Shown one piece after another: positions 1-22,692 of a DNA stretch of 64,000 bases. The notes beneath the pieces are model-generated. The model saw only the letters and a program-made list of their open reading frames with translations. It did no database searches and was not told the origin of the DNA. The translations under genes and the position numbers were made by a program. The stretch is from NCBI GenBank assembly GCA_013239625.1, contig MU054032.1:558001-622000 (forward strand), in the 5' to 3' direction. Each line of letters opens with the position of its first letter. Within the stretch, counting starts at the first letter, position 1. This DNA comes from Lama guanicoe. Lineage: Eukaryota.

Positions 1-7410
<7,410 letters not shown>

Positions 7411-8070
7411 CTGAGGAGGGACGGCCCCCCCCCACAAACCCCCCCCATCACAACCTTCCCCCCTCCCGCGAACAACTTCCGGCCCCACCACCAGGCGACA
7501 GGCGGCGTGGCCGAACACCGAGCGCCCCCAAGCCCGGGAGACTGCTGGGGAGAGATGGAAGAGTTAGGGGAGAGTAGCCGAGCGCCGAAAAATTCGAGCC
7601 CTAAAGGCGCGGTCCCGGGCAGAGCGTAACTCAAATCGCTGCCCCTTCACCTCCATCTAATTTGCAAACGAGGCCACGTTGGACGCCCTACTTGCCCTAG
7701 CACATCTGCTCTTAGTGCCAAGTTTTGTCTCTGCCTGTCCTAAGACAATATTGATTTTAACCTGTTAGCATTCTTTGCCTTTCCTGCCAAGTGTGTAGGG
7801 ATTGCGGGGGAGGGGGAAGAGGACCTCAAGGATGCCGAATTTAAAATGTTTTCCTCTTGGGGGGATATCCTGAGGTCATTCACCTAAGCAGCCCTGCAGA
7901 TGCCGACAGACATCAGAGAAGGAAATCCCATTTCTTGATTTCCCTGTACTGCTTCCTTTTCCCCTCCCCTCCCCCTTTTGTTTGGGTTGTCTCACTAGAC
8001 ATCCCAGTACCACTGAATCTCCCTCCTGCAACGTGCTCACTCTAGCCTCAAGAGGTCCCAGAAGTCACCT

Positions 8071-8118
8071 TTTATTTTTTGCTTTTTCATAGTGGTAGTC
8101 TTAAACAGATACTTTATT
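8071..8118 (-). terminator. SUOX: SUOX polyadenylation signals (AATAAA x2)
   Basis: TTTATT on + at 8071-8076 and 8113-8118, about 500 bp past the SUOX stop. Confidence 0.65.
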
Positions 8119-8615
8119 GAAGTATTTAGAAAAGTGTAACTATAAAAGGAGAGGGTTGAGCCCCTCACACCCCCTGGCAAACTACAGAGGCAGTAAAAAA
8201 TTGTATACAGTTTTCTTACACATATTCTCACACATTCTCTGAAGACCCTAAGAAGAAAAGCAAAATAAGGCTTCAGTGGTGATAAGCATTAGAAAAGGAG
8301 ATAGGGTAGGTAGAGAAAATAGTGCTTATTTCCAGAATTTCCCACTTCTGGTCCTCTGCTCCAACAGCTCTCACCTCCTGGCACAGGGTTAGTAGCCAGG
8401 AGGAATATATAATACAGTGTCAAAGAAAGGGTGGATGCCTGGGTGGAAATGTGTGGTGTGTATGTTTGTGTGGCTTAGGAAGGCATAGTCAGGGTTGTGA
8501 TCCAAGACATGGAGAGGTAGAGGGAAATATTTTTCTGTGGTAATGAGGCCAAAGGATGGATGTGGAAAGGGGTTGAGAAGGTGATTCTGAAGAGTAGATG
8601 GTTCCATTTCACCTT

Positions 8616-10778
<2,163 letters not shown>

Positions 10779-11204
10779 TGTGGCAGACCTAGGATAGGAG
10801 GAAGATTCCAGGATCAAGATAGGGAGTCCTGGGAGGTGATGATTGAGGGAATGGAAGGAAGACACAGAGATCAGCAAGGAACTCTGGACAAATGGGGAAA
10901 ACTTTTCAGTGGCAATGAGGTCAAAGGACGGAAGTGGGGGTCCAAATGGGCCTTAGAGAAAATCTGGAGCACTTCGGAGACAGACTATGCTGACAAGATG
11001 GAAAGGAATGGGAGACGGTGTCTAAGTGGAAAGAGTCTCCTAGAATCACCTGTCTCCCATCCTCCACTCTCTACTTTGCCCACTACGGAGAACAATGTCT
11101 GGGGGCCAAAAGTCTATTGTCCAGTTTGCCAGTTTATTTTTTCTGAAGTCAGCAGAGGACAACTAAGGGGCAGACTACTTAAACAGGGACAAAAAAGGTA
11201 AAAA

Positions 11205-11400
11205 AGGTAGTGGCAGCCTAATGGGGTAAAGAAGCCTGGATTCTGAAGTTAAACTGCCTTGCATTTGTGAAACCAGCCCTACCATTAACCAGCCTTGTTC
11301 CTGGGCAAGATACCAAACCTCTCTGAACTTGTGTCCTCATCTATGAAATGACATCTACGTAGCAGAGCTGCCGTGATGAGCAAACAAGTAATAACCCTGT
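11205..11400 (+). mobile_element. MIR SINE fragment
   Basis: Core-like ctgggcaagataccaaacctctctgaacttgtgtcctcatctatgaaatg; boundaries approximate. Confidence 0.65.
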
Positions 11401-12019
11401 CACTGAAGGCCTTTCCCTGTCGTCCCTCCACCCACCCTAAAAAAATAAAAATTGAACCCTGCTGGGAACTGGACCCCAACCCGGAGTTCCCACCCTTACC
11501 TTTCTATGCCATTCCAATGAGCTCAGCAAGTTGAGAAGTTAATGGCCAGGGTGTCAGGGGATGGGCTAGAGAAGGAAGAAGGTAATTTTCCTGCTCTGGC
11601 CTGCCTGCAGCAGTTTCTTCTTCACAGCACTGAGCAGATCACTGACCCCAGGAGGGCCAAAGTGGGGAGGGGTACGAGTCAGAATTGCTGATGAGATGCT
11701 AAAAGATGGGGGCGGGCAGAGAGACTGTGAGGGAGCTAGGCGTTGGAATAGAGTCTGCATTTTACTCCTGTACCTTGGGACCCTCACTTCCTTCCACCTA
11801 CCCTCAATCCCAGCAACCCATTAGAACAAAACTGGAGCGGTGCAAATAGGACTGACCTGCAGGTGATCAGTCCAGTGTTCCAGGTTGGGAGAAATAGCCT
11901 TCAAAACACAATGTCACCGCCCTGTGCAGGTGGTAGCCAGTCACTTCCCAGGGGGCACTTTAGTTAGAATATGGATATATCCAGCACCAGGGCACAAGCA
12001 CCCGGTCCCATGTTACTGC

Positions 12020-12620
12020 CCAGCAGCTGGCCGGAGTGTCTTACAGCAACACCCCGTGGCCCCAGGAGCACCCCGCTAGCGGGAGTGGAGGCGGGTACTG
12101 GCAGTTCTGTTGTCCGTGGTATTCGGAGCGCTCTGGGTGCCAAGACCCCCGCCCGGGTTACTAGCCCTGCCTCCTCCTTTTCCTTCTCTCGGCCCAAGCC
12201 TCCTTACCCGTTCGGCGGCAGTCCACACGGTGGCTGTTTTACCCGCCCGGCCCAGCAGCTGCCGGCGAAGGGGCGGGGGCAGCGCCGTGACGTTGAGTCG
12301 GAGTAAAGGACCACTCTCGCCCCTCGGCTCACCCCTCCGCAATTGGCGGGCTGCAGGCCACCTCCCAGCTGCTGTGCCCGCCTCCCGGAGGCTGATGCTG
12401 GCGCGGCGCCCCCTGGGCTCCGAGCTAGGAGCGATGTTTTTGTCTCCACCTCCCGCTAGAGGACGAATGGGACCCTCACGACGTCCGGAACCCAGGCAGT
12501 GGAAGGTGACAAAGACTCCAATGGTTGGGCCAAGAGATGCCTCCGCCCCGGCAGAGACACAAGGTGCTTTCACTAGAGACCTCGGGATCCAGCTGGCTTT
12601 TCTCCCGGTGGTGAGCTCGG
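12020..12620 (-). promoter_or_regulatory. SUOX: SUOX CpG-island promoter with non-coding first exon (candidate donor at 12208/12207)
   Basis: CpG-rich, GGGGCGGGG and CCAAT motifs, minus-strand donor CGG|GTAAGG, ~1.4 kb upstream of the ATG exon. Confidence 0.75.
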
Positions 12621-13424
12621 CCTCTACCCTGTTTTTGACAAACGTCTGTGTTGCAATTACAACAGCCCTGTTTGTCTTTTAGAGAAAACAGGATCAAGCG
12701 CTCGAGTCTCTTATATCCAGGAATGAGGGCAGAAATGAGGCCTAAATAAGTGGCTCAAAGACTTCGAGATTCCTTGGACTAGTTGAAGTTTCCCTCAAAT
12801 TATAGAACCAACATTCAATAGCCATCTTTTTTATTTTGCTTAGTTGCCATTTAATAAAATAAATGACATTTTCAACATTCAAAAGTAGGAAGATTATAAT
12901 TGCTCATAATCTTAGAATAAAGAACACTAATAGAAATTGTTTGCAAATTACCCTTTTATCTTTTGGTGCGGAGAATTTGTCATTAGCTAGCTGCAAACGT
13001 ATCCCACACTGCCCTCTAGAGACTAGAAGGTTGAATTACAACCTTAGTTTAAGTGACGGCCTTATTTAATTTTGGAAGATCACTTCCGCTCCCTTTCTGC
13101 TCTCAGCTGAACTTGAGCTTTTACTACGAATCAAGGAGCTGTGTGGGGAGTACTAAGAGATATACACAAAGGGGAACCGACAGTGAAAAGGTGATTTTGG
13201 AAAAAGTTTTTGGAAAATGATTCCCAACTCAACTGTATATAAACTAATCATCAAAGAGGCCTGATGCCCAACCTCTCCCACCAGTCTTAAGAAACAGGGC
13301 TCAGCCCAAGTACACAAAGAAGTCAGTTAGGGACTGTCTGAAGCCATGGATGAGACTTCTGCCTAATAACAGTGTCACCTTATAAAAAGCCACACACATG
13401 CTTTATATAATTGACCTTTTAAAC

Positions 13425-13545
13425 CTCAACTTTTTTTTTTCATTTTACGTAAGAAACGGAGGCAAAGAGCGGCTAAGTAACTTGATCAAAGCCACAGTTG
13501 GTAAGCTGGCAGAGATGGAACAGAATACTTGACTCTGTCTTTCCT
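13425..13545 (-). mobile_element. MIR SINE fragment
   Basis: cattttacgtaagaaacggaggcaaagagcggctaagtaacttgatcaaagccacag matches the antisense MIR core. Confidence 0.65.
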
Positions 13546-14360
13546 ATCCTTCAGATTCTTTGGAATTTAAAACTCCCTCTGCAACCATACCTAATCTTTT
13601 CTCTGTATCAATATCCCCCACCCACTTCCACTTAGATTGTGATGGACTGAAGGGCTTCAAGTATGATAGGAAACAAGAGCAGAATTTCCTGTTGAAATTT
13701 TCCTATTGGGTTAGAAACTACATGATCAATCAAAAACATTCAGTGATTAAAAAAAAAAAAGTTCTTTAGGTCACGGACCCCGAGATACTAATTAAGGCTG
13801 TGGACCCTCTCCCTAGAAAGCTGCACATAAATCTTTGAGCAATACTTCAAAGCATTTACAAATATCACCTCTCCCTCCAATTTCATCAGTTGTCTGCCAG
13901 AGGTCTATAGACCACCACCCTCTCTCATATATTCATTCTGTATAGATGGCCTAAATAAACAAACTAGGGTCAGATTTGATGAGGTCTCTAGTGGCCTGGG
14001 AATAGGAGCTATTAAACAGCAATAAATGGGCTATTTCCAAATTGGGTTACCTCACTATCCAAGAAAAGATTAGCGGGAATATGGTGGTACCAAGACACAA
14101 GGGAGGGTGTTTCTGATTCAATAAACATCATTATTATTATTGGGTGTCCTTCCTTCCAAATTTCTAGTATCAGATGGAGAAATAGGAAAAAATAAATAAA
14201 AAGAAGCAACACTCCAGTACACTTTTTTTTCTCCTTTTTTACTTACATTAAATACATCGGTAAATCAGCAGTCGCATTCTGTTACCACGATTGTTATGTT
14301 GGGAGAGGGAGAAAGGGGGGAAAAGGCAAATGCTTTCTCAGAAAAAAAAAAAAAAAAGAA

Positions 14361-14495
14361 NNNNNNNNNNNNNNNNNNNNNNNNNNNNNNNNNNNNNNNN
14401 NNNNNNNNNNNNNNNNNNNNNNNNNNNNNNNNNNNNNNNNNNNNNNNNNNNNNNNNNNNNNNNNNNNNNNNNNNNNNNNNNNNNNNNNNNNNNNN
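14361..14495. other. Assembly gap (135 N) flanked by poly-A runs, probably in the RAB5B 3' UTR
   Basis: Seen directly. Confidence 0.99.
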
Positions 14496-16844
14496 AAAAA
14501 AAAAAAAAAAAAGCCTCCCCGCTTAAAAAAAAAGATCAGAAGAAAAAAAATGAAGAGCTGGGAAATAAAAACTAAGATTCCCCCAAGCCCAATAGAGCTC
14601 AAAGGAAAGCAGAAGAGCTGGAAGTAGATGGAAGGCAGCAGATAGGCCCAGAAGCTAGGCCAATCCTGTTCCTAAGAGGGGGCGGGGAGGGAAGAAGAAG
14701 CCTGGAGAAATGGTTTCCCAGCCCCAAGGCAACGAAACATCTTTACTCCTGCTCCACAAGGAAAGCTGTGCAGACAAAGAACTTCATTTCTAAGAGGCTT
14801 AAGAGAGCCATCCTAGTTCTTCCACTTGTAGGGATGCACTGAGTGCTTTTGGTGCTAGTGGGCGCTAGAAAGGGGAAAATGTTTGTGTGTTTCAGGGCCA
14901 CGGGAACTAAGGCTGCCCCTGGAAAAGGAAGGGAATTGAGGCCTAAGTGGAAGAACCTAAGCTGGGTCCTCCAGAAGCTCAGCTTCTTGGATTTCTCAGC
15001 TGCTCTGGGACAGGAGGCAGTCTGGAAGCCGAAAGGGCAGAAAGGTTCCAATCCTGGGTCACTATGGCCTCTCCTTACTTCCCCCAATATTCCCAAAACT
15101 CTGGGCTAGAACGAGAAGGAGTTGAAAGTTCCCTCTTGCCTTGATGGCTTCTTCCCAAAGCCATCCTAAAATTCCTGATGAAGGATGTCAAGAGGCTAGA
15201 GATTTAAAAGGACAACTATCCTCTGGGATGTGAGACACCATGAGGGACTTTCAGTGCCAGTCATTCCCTGTCCACAGGAACAGGTGTTAAGATATGAGGG
15301 AGCCACATGTAGGCCTCTATGGTACTACCCCCTAGTGGTGTGTGGATTAAACCACTGGTTGTATGGGGGGTGGGGATATCATGGAGGAACCAAACTGAAG
15401 ATACTAACAAAGAAGAAAAGAAATAGGGAGATGGGGGACAGAACAGACTGTACAGTGGGAATAAAGATCATATCTATTTACAGGGAAGTAGAAAAGACAT
15501 GGTAATTGGTGGATCAAATTGAATGGGAACCCTGGGAAAGGACAGAAAATGCCTCCCTTTTGCCTGACTCCTCTTCACTCCCATACCATGGCCTACGCTG
15601 TCCTGAGACTCCTCTTCAGTTGCTCAGTGATTCCCCAGGAAAGGCAAACCTATACCCAAGAGCTAGGATGGTAAGAATACAGGTGAGGTAAGAATCAGAG
15701 TTGGAGGAAGGTAGCAGTGGAGACTGGGCTTGAGTAGCTGCCACCAGTACTGTTCTCTACAGCCCCTCCCCAAACCTCACATACACCTCAGATTCCATTT
15801 AACTAAAAGGAGTTGAGGGCAGGTAAATCAATCAAAACCCCCATAAAACAAATATCACAACTGAACTACCATCAATTAAAGTGCAAACTGCAGGGGGATA
15901 CAGTGGCTGGGGCTGAGGCCATCTGAAGGCCAGAGAGGGAAAAAAATGCATATGTAAAGGTCAGAGGATGGGTATCAGAAACTGGTCCCTCCTCCATTTA
16001 GATCACAGCAGAGCCAAAGATGCAGGCAACCAGTGAAGATTCTTTGGAGGACTCTAGGGTCCAGAATCTCCCCCGCTATGGGGGAGAAGCTACCTAAGAG
16101 GCTGCGTGAGGGGAAAGGAGGCCTTGGAAGAATGCCAGAGCCACAGATGACACTATGTCTCCACCTCCTCCTCCCAGTTAGCTAACAACATGACTCCAGC
16201 CTGGTGCCCGAGAACTTGCCTTCCCATTCTCGCCTCCACCTAGAAACACCCTCCATAAGACCAACTCACGGATACTGCAGTGTTTTCAAATATGAGAAAC
16301 TCCAACCAAATAAAAACAAAAAGGAAATGTTTCCTTACTCCCTCCTGCTCCGCACCTTACTTTCCCCCAGGGCCCTTAATGTGACTGAAGTAGAAAACTC
16401 CTTCAGTTCCTGGATTCACCACTTTCTCCATCCTGGGGAGAGGAGGAAAAAGGGATCAAGAACAGAGATTGACCAAAAGCAGAAGGGGAAGGGGCAGGAG
16501 ACAAAAAATGTTTTCTGAAAAAATGGGGAGGAGGAGGAGGAAAGATAAGTAGGTCACTGTCTTGCACCTATAATACAAAGTGAAGAAAGTTTGTTTTGGA
16601 AGGTTAAGTCCTGGGGGATCTGACCCCCAAGCCCCAGAGTAGGGGTAGGAGGCCAGTGGCAACAGCTGCCTGGTGTTGGTTGCTGAAGCGTTAAAAAGTG
16701 CCATGACGGAGCTGTCAGGAGGCAGCCCTTGGAGCCAGGGCTCAGTGTGCTGTTACCATAGGGGCTGTGTGCTGAGGGGTGGGGATGGAGGTTATTTCTT
16801 AGCTCTCGTGCTAGCTCCGTGCTTGTTTGCTGCTAGCCACCCCC

Positions 16845-19646
16845 TCAGTTGCTACAACACTGGCTCTTGTTCTGCTGGGACTGCTCATGGAGATCCACAC
16901 CACGGCTTCGGCCTGCTGCACCCCCCAGATTCTGGGGTTCACTCTTTGGCAACTTCTTAGCTAGAGATAAAAACAGAAGGGAACAAAGCATGGTCGATTT
17001 TACTGATACTCCCAAAAAGACTACTGGGTGGGGGAGAAGTAGGGGAACGAGGGAAAGGGGATGTTCTGCAGGGGGGGCGGGTTCACTGTAAACTACACTG
17101 AAGATGAGGGGTCTTAAGCTGCAGTGGTAGGACAGAGGGTCACAATGGAAAGTTAAGATGCTGCTCTGACCTTACCTATTGCCAGGAAGAGATCATTCAC
17201 GTTCATAGCTGTCTTGGCTGAAGTCTCCATAAACAATAAGCTGTTGTCATCTGCATACGCCTGGGCCTCCTGAAAGGGGTGGGGTGGACTGGTGCTCAGA
17301 ATGCAGGGCAGGAACAAGTACTGCCTTTCCACTCCCATGTAGCACCAGAGCTAGCCAATATCCTAGGTTCCCTCCCTTAACTGCCCCTCTGAGCCAGCCG
17401 GCCCTGAACCCATATTTTGGTGATGACTCCCTCAAGGATAACCCAGGGTCTAGCCCACTTAATCCCACAAACAGAGGTCAGGAATCTTAATTATGGGGAA
17501 GAAGGTAAGCTGGTTGGGGGTTTTCAAGTTCTGACACTTGAATAGTCCCTTACCTCAAATTCAATTGCTCCCTCCTTCCTGTTTTCACATTGGTACCCCC
17601 ACAGCTGGTACTCCCACAGCTGGTACCGGTACTTCCCTACCCCTCTGCTCTGGAATTGTCTTCTGACTCCTCTAAAATCTCCTGGCTGGCATTAGGGTCA
17701 CAGTTTTGCTGTATTTAACATGGTGCAGAACTGGGGAATGAGATGATGAATGTCCTCAGATGACGTTTTCAGAGAGGGCAGGTTTGGAAAAGAGAGGTCC
17801 TAAGCACAGAGGGAGAGTGTTAGAGAGGGACTCAACGGCCATCTTACTTCATACTCCACCATGCGCTTGTTGGCCAGGTCAGCTTTGTTCCCCGCCAGGG
17901 CAATAACGATGCTAGGACTGGCCTGTCGTTGTAGTTCCTTCACCCATGTCTTTGCTCGGGCGAAGGTCTCCTAGGAAAACACGAGGATGAGAATGGATGG
18001 GCTGGAATGACTGCCGATCCAGGCTCATCACCTTCAAAAACCAGTCTTAAAACTCACCTCTTCTAAGCAGCCTTCACTCACTGAAACCACCTGTGTCTGA
18101 CAATTCATTACCTATGTCTTCTCAGCACTTGGAAGCACAATTTGTATTCTTATTTTGCTATTTTAAGAACCAGTTTTCTTTCCCCCACCTAATTTAATTC
18201 CTATAAATAAAAGCAAGGACAATCTTCTCAGCCCACTTACCTGATTAGTAATGTCATAAACCACAATTGCAGCTTGGGCACCTCTGTAGTACATGGGGGC
18301 CAAGCTATGGTACCGCTCCTGCCCAGCTGTGTCCCAGATCTCAAACTTGACTGTTGTGTCATCTAGACAAACAGACTGGGTGAGGAAGGCCGCTATGAAT
18401 GAGAGAATGGAGGAGAAGTTGTTGTTAAGTGGGAGGATGAATGAGAAGATCCCACCATCCCCTCCTCAAAATATCTCCACTCTCAGTCCAAGACCGGTCA
18501 CCACCCAGGCTATTCACCTATAGGAAAGGCTTAGCATTCTCCTCCAGGTCCTGGAACCAGAATTAAGGCTGCTCTTGGCTAAGTCCTTCCTGTCAGAAGT
18601 CTCTCTAGCTAAGGAATGGGGGCACGTCATAAATCCTGAGGGACAGAAAGAAGAACTGGCACTTATACCAGAGTCATCCCTCTTCCAACCAAAACAGAGG
18701 AGTAAGATGATGACAGAGATCATAAGTTTCAGATAAAAGTCACATCAAGAACTGATTAGAAGATTTTAAAGCCTGATGTGAGGTCCCACAATTATCAATA
18801 TTATTTGGCTGTTACTTTTTCATATCTTCTTCTGTTGGTCCAAGAACACATTTCCAAGGTGACTAATAAAAGTGGGGAAGAAAGACATGGGAATTCTCAA
18901 AAGATCCTTTATTGAATTAGCACCCTATTTTGGGGTAGTGGCAGGGAGAAGGTAGCAAAGGTGGAAAAGGCAGATGTCCTTTATCTTTTGTATTTAGTTC
19001 CAGCCTCTATTTTACCAGATATGTGCATCAGGATCATTTAAAGAGCTTTTCCAAACATACATTTCTATACCATCACCAACCTCACCCTACCCCCAATACT
19101 AATCAGTAGATTGAGGGTAGGATCCAAGCATGCATGGGATGAAAATGGTCTCCAGGTGATTCTAATGTACATCTCTGATTATGAGTCACTGTCCCAAACC
19201 AACCTTACTCAAGATGACACTCAACTGAACTTCACTGGTATAAAGACGAGAGTAGGAAGAGGAAAACAGACTGTGATAGATAATTAGTGGTTTTCTTGGT
19301 ACACAAAAGCCAACCTTTCTAACCTTCTAGGAAGTAAGAGGATGAACATATACCTGCTTTCTGGCATTATGGCAATTTTTTTGTTTCACAAAGGATTTCC
19401 ATTTCAGGGAGCTAAGAGGGCCAGTTCCACAATCAGGTCCCTATATCTCCCTTCAAAGCCTCTTCTCTCCCTGAAGTACTCACCTCCAATGGTGCTCTCC
19501 TGGTACTCATGGAACTGCCCTTTGACAAAACGTAATACCAGGCTAGACTTTCCCACTGCAGATTCACCCAGCAGGACCAATTTGAATTGGCATATTTTGC
19601 TGGCCTGGGGCTGCCCGTTGGGCCTGGCTGTGCTTCTGCTAGTCAT
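16845..19646 (-). CDS. RAB5B: Ras-related protein Rab-5B (215 aa)
   Basis: Exons complement(19484..19646, 18241..18392, 17848..17970, 17176..17269, 16845..16960) = 648 nt. [17 protein letters not shown] start, GESAVGKS P-loop, WDTAGQE, GNKAD, ETSAK, C-terminal CCSN. Confidence 0.98.
19020..19192. mobile_element. MER5A-like hAT DNA transposon fragment
   Basis: gtgcatcaggatca...tctccaggtgattctaatgtaca...agtcactg resembles MER5A. Confidence 0.55.
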
Positions 19647-20276
19647 GGCTAGATTATCAGAGTGGGAAAGGGTGAAGGGAGGGGGATGCCACAAAGAGGC
19701 GAAGGGGGGAGGAAGAGGTGAAGGGGGGAGGGGGGAGGGGAGGGGACTTCCAGGCTTCAACAGTCCTGCAAGAGAAAAAGTGGGCAAAATTAAACACAGG
19801 GCCATTATAGCTGCAATCATTTTTTAAAGAAAGGATAGAATCTCTTCATTTCTTTGCTCCCATAAGGACTTAACTCTTATAATCACCCATCATTAAAAGG
19901 TTATACCTAGACAGCAGACACTCAGTGGTAAGAGTGGGAAACAGTAAAATAAGAACTGCATCTAAAATAGAGTTTGCTGAAATGGAGACTAAAAATCGTG
20001 TGAGAGAAGTTTTTAACCTCCCATTCATTCCTGACCGGGTCTTCAAAGAAAGGCAAAGTGATCAACTTTTTAGTTAGCCTGAAAAACACCCATATCTACC
20101 CAGAAGGACACTAGATCCCTGCTAACTCCTTGGTGTCCTGATACTGATCTTTTTTCACTCTCCTCTTTTTTCTAGCTTTCAAAATGAGAGATTTACTCTA
20201 GGGGTGTCAGACAAGTCACCCCTCCTGAGTGGAGGGTAGCTTTCATTCATACATGACCATTCTTCTCGACATTTCT

Positions 20277-20475
20277 GAAAATCTAACCAAAGTCTAATTA
20301 CCAAAAAATGTGTCCTTTCTCACTTCTGGTCAAAAGTAAGTACAGAAACACAACCAAGAGCCCACGTTCAGTATGAAAATCTAATCAAGGTCCAATTACC
20401 AAAAAAAAATCTATCTTTTCCCATTTCTGGTCAAAGGTTAGTATAGAAACACAACCAAGAGAACACATTCAGTAT
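20277..20475. repeat. Diverged direct tandem duplication, two units of ~100 bp (RAB5B intron 1)
   Basis: 20277-20374 and 20375-20475 share gaaaatctaa..aattaccaaaaaa..ttctggtcaaa..agaaacacaaccaagag..ttcagtat. Confidence 0.9.
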
Positions 20476-21024
20476 TAATTCTTCACTTTGCTTCTGCCAC
20501 CTCTCCGAACCTGAAACTCTGAGTCAGTAAGTTTGACTTGCTCTCAACCTGCAGCTGTCCTCCCGGTGCCTAGGGATTAGACTACCCTCCACACTAAAAG
20601 GGCCCAACAGCTGTAGCCCTCCAAATTACAGGCAGAGAAAGAAGGTACCTTCTCAATACATGCAAAAGTCTCTAGAGGATGGTATAGGGGCTAAGTCTTC
20701 AAGCTATAAATATTTGATGAAAGAATAGAACTAATCACCTTCTCTACCTTCCAAGTGGCTAGGACAGGTGGTGGTGGAGGAGGAGACAGAGAAAAGTTGG
20801 GACTCTGAGTGTCCCATCATCCAAACCTGAACACATATCATCTTGACTCTGAGGGGAAATGAACTATGAGATTCAAAGAAATGTCAGCATGATCAGAGCA
20901 TGAAAAACCTCTCTAAAACCTAAGCGTTGCTTGGTTTGTACTTTGCTTGTTCAAGTGACTCTTTCCCTGCTCTAGGGTTAATTCTATTGACTCTACAAAC
21001 ATACTCTGACATATAGGGGGAAAC

Positions 21025-21520
21025 ATTTTTGTCACTATAGCAAGTTGCTTTGGAGTCAAATCAGGGTTAAAAATCTCTGCAATCCTAGGTGAAGACAAGA
21101 CAGAAAATAAAAGATAGAAAAACCATACAGGAGGCAATGCAGAGGAACACAGGTTGTGGAGTCCAATTCACTGGATTTATTTTATAGTTCTGCTTACTAG
21201 CTGTGAAACTTGGGACAAGTTACTAAATCTATCTGTGTATTTACTCCCACATCTGTAAAATGGGTTAATAGCCTTATGAGCATCTACTTCATAAGGTTGG
21301 TGTGAGGATTAAGTGAGATAATATATACAAAGAACCTAAATATTTGACAAAAAGTGCTCAATGATTATTAAGCTACTAATCATTATGAATATAATAACAT
21401 CAAGAAAATTTCTCTGCCTGAGCCTTACCTTCTGCATTTATAAAATGGAAAAAAAACCTACCTCATAAAGTAGCCATGAGGATTAAGTGAAAGATATATT
21501 TAGCATAGTGCTAATAAATA
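21025..21520 (+). mobile_element. MIR SINE fragments (cluster)
   Basis: cttactagctgtgaaacttgggacaagttac...catctgtaaaatggg...gtgaggattaagtgagataata, plus a second core at ~21410-21510. Confidence 0.7.
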
Positions 21521-22446
21521 ATAAGGTAGGTATGTCATTTAGAGGCCCTGATTCACAGAAAAGATCAATTTAATATATTAAATATCTCAATATTAGTCGT
21601 GATCAATATATTTCTAAAAGCAGCCATGATATGAGATAGAGCGAAAAAAAAAAAACAAGAAAAAAAAGTGTAAAGAGGAAGTTAACAGAGGAATGAGACA
21701 GAAGTGAGAACTCAGAAAAGTCCCAAAGTAGACTAATTAAGACAGAGGAATGTAAGAAATTACTCTGATCCTACTGGGTATTTTGTAGTCTCCTAGGTCA
21801 GTGAGTTCTAAGAATCTAGATATACATGTGCCACTTTGTGAAGTTTTCACTAGTCTATGATAAAATGATTAAAAGAAAAATGACATAGCAAGTTTTTCAT
21901 AAAGCTAAATTCATTCAATTAAAAAATATCCTTTCTAAGATTTCTAACTTCTTACTTTCTCAGCATCAATTTTCTTTCAGAGGTAAATATATATTTATTG
22001 CATGGATAAACCTCTAAGACCTATTGTTAACGTTTAAAATAAATTGGAGAACAAAACACATGGTTGATCCTATTTCTATAAAACAAAACAAAATCCTACA
22101 GAGAAAAAAGTATGGAAAGATATAGACTCATCTGTTAACAGTGGTTACCTCCCTCTGAGGAGAGTGGTATGTGAAGGATTCAGATTTTTTTCATTCTACA
22201 TAATCCTTTTCTAACAGGAAATATATATTTTTAGTTTCCTATATAGTTTTTTTTTTAGTGCTTTTACAAAATAGTGTTGATAGGCTTTCTAAATAACCTT
22301 ATGTGGAAAAATAAAAACGCCAAAATTTAAATAATTGGTCTATTAAATCCAAAATCCTGGGAACTAGTATTGCAAGAGTCAGTATTAACTCACTTCTTAA
22401 CCACTAGTCTCAGTTCTTTAGCTCTTTCATTCTCAAACCTTTAAAG

Positions 22447-22692
22447 CACTGTTTCTCCAATTGTGGCTGTAAGCCAACAGTGACCCTGAAATCACTTGGT
22501 GGATCATGATCAGTATTATTAAAAAAAAAAAAAAGAAAAAAAGAAAAAAAGTCAAATGTATTGTAAATAATAAGCATAAGAATCATTTTGCGAAAATGTT
22601 TCACTTGTGGGTAGATGTACACACAATGAATTATGAAGTAAAGAAAAAATTTTTTTAAAATGCCACGACCAAAAAAAGTTTAGAAAACAGTG
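22447..22692. mobile_element. hAT/Charlie-type MER DNA transposon remnant
   Basis: Inverted termini cactgtttctccaa ... tttagaaaacagtg. Confidence 0.5.

Noticed and set aside
14291..14602. ORFs with poly-K/F and X runs
   Set aside because: Artefacts of the N gap and flanking poly-A.
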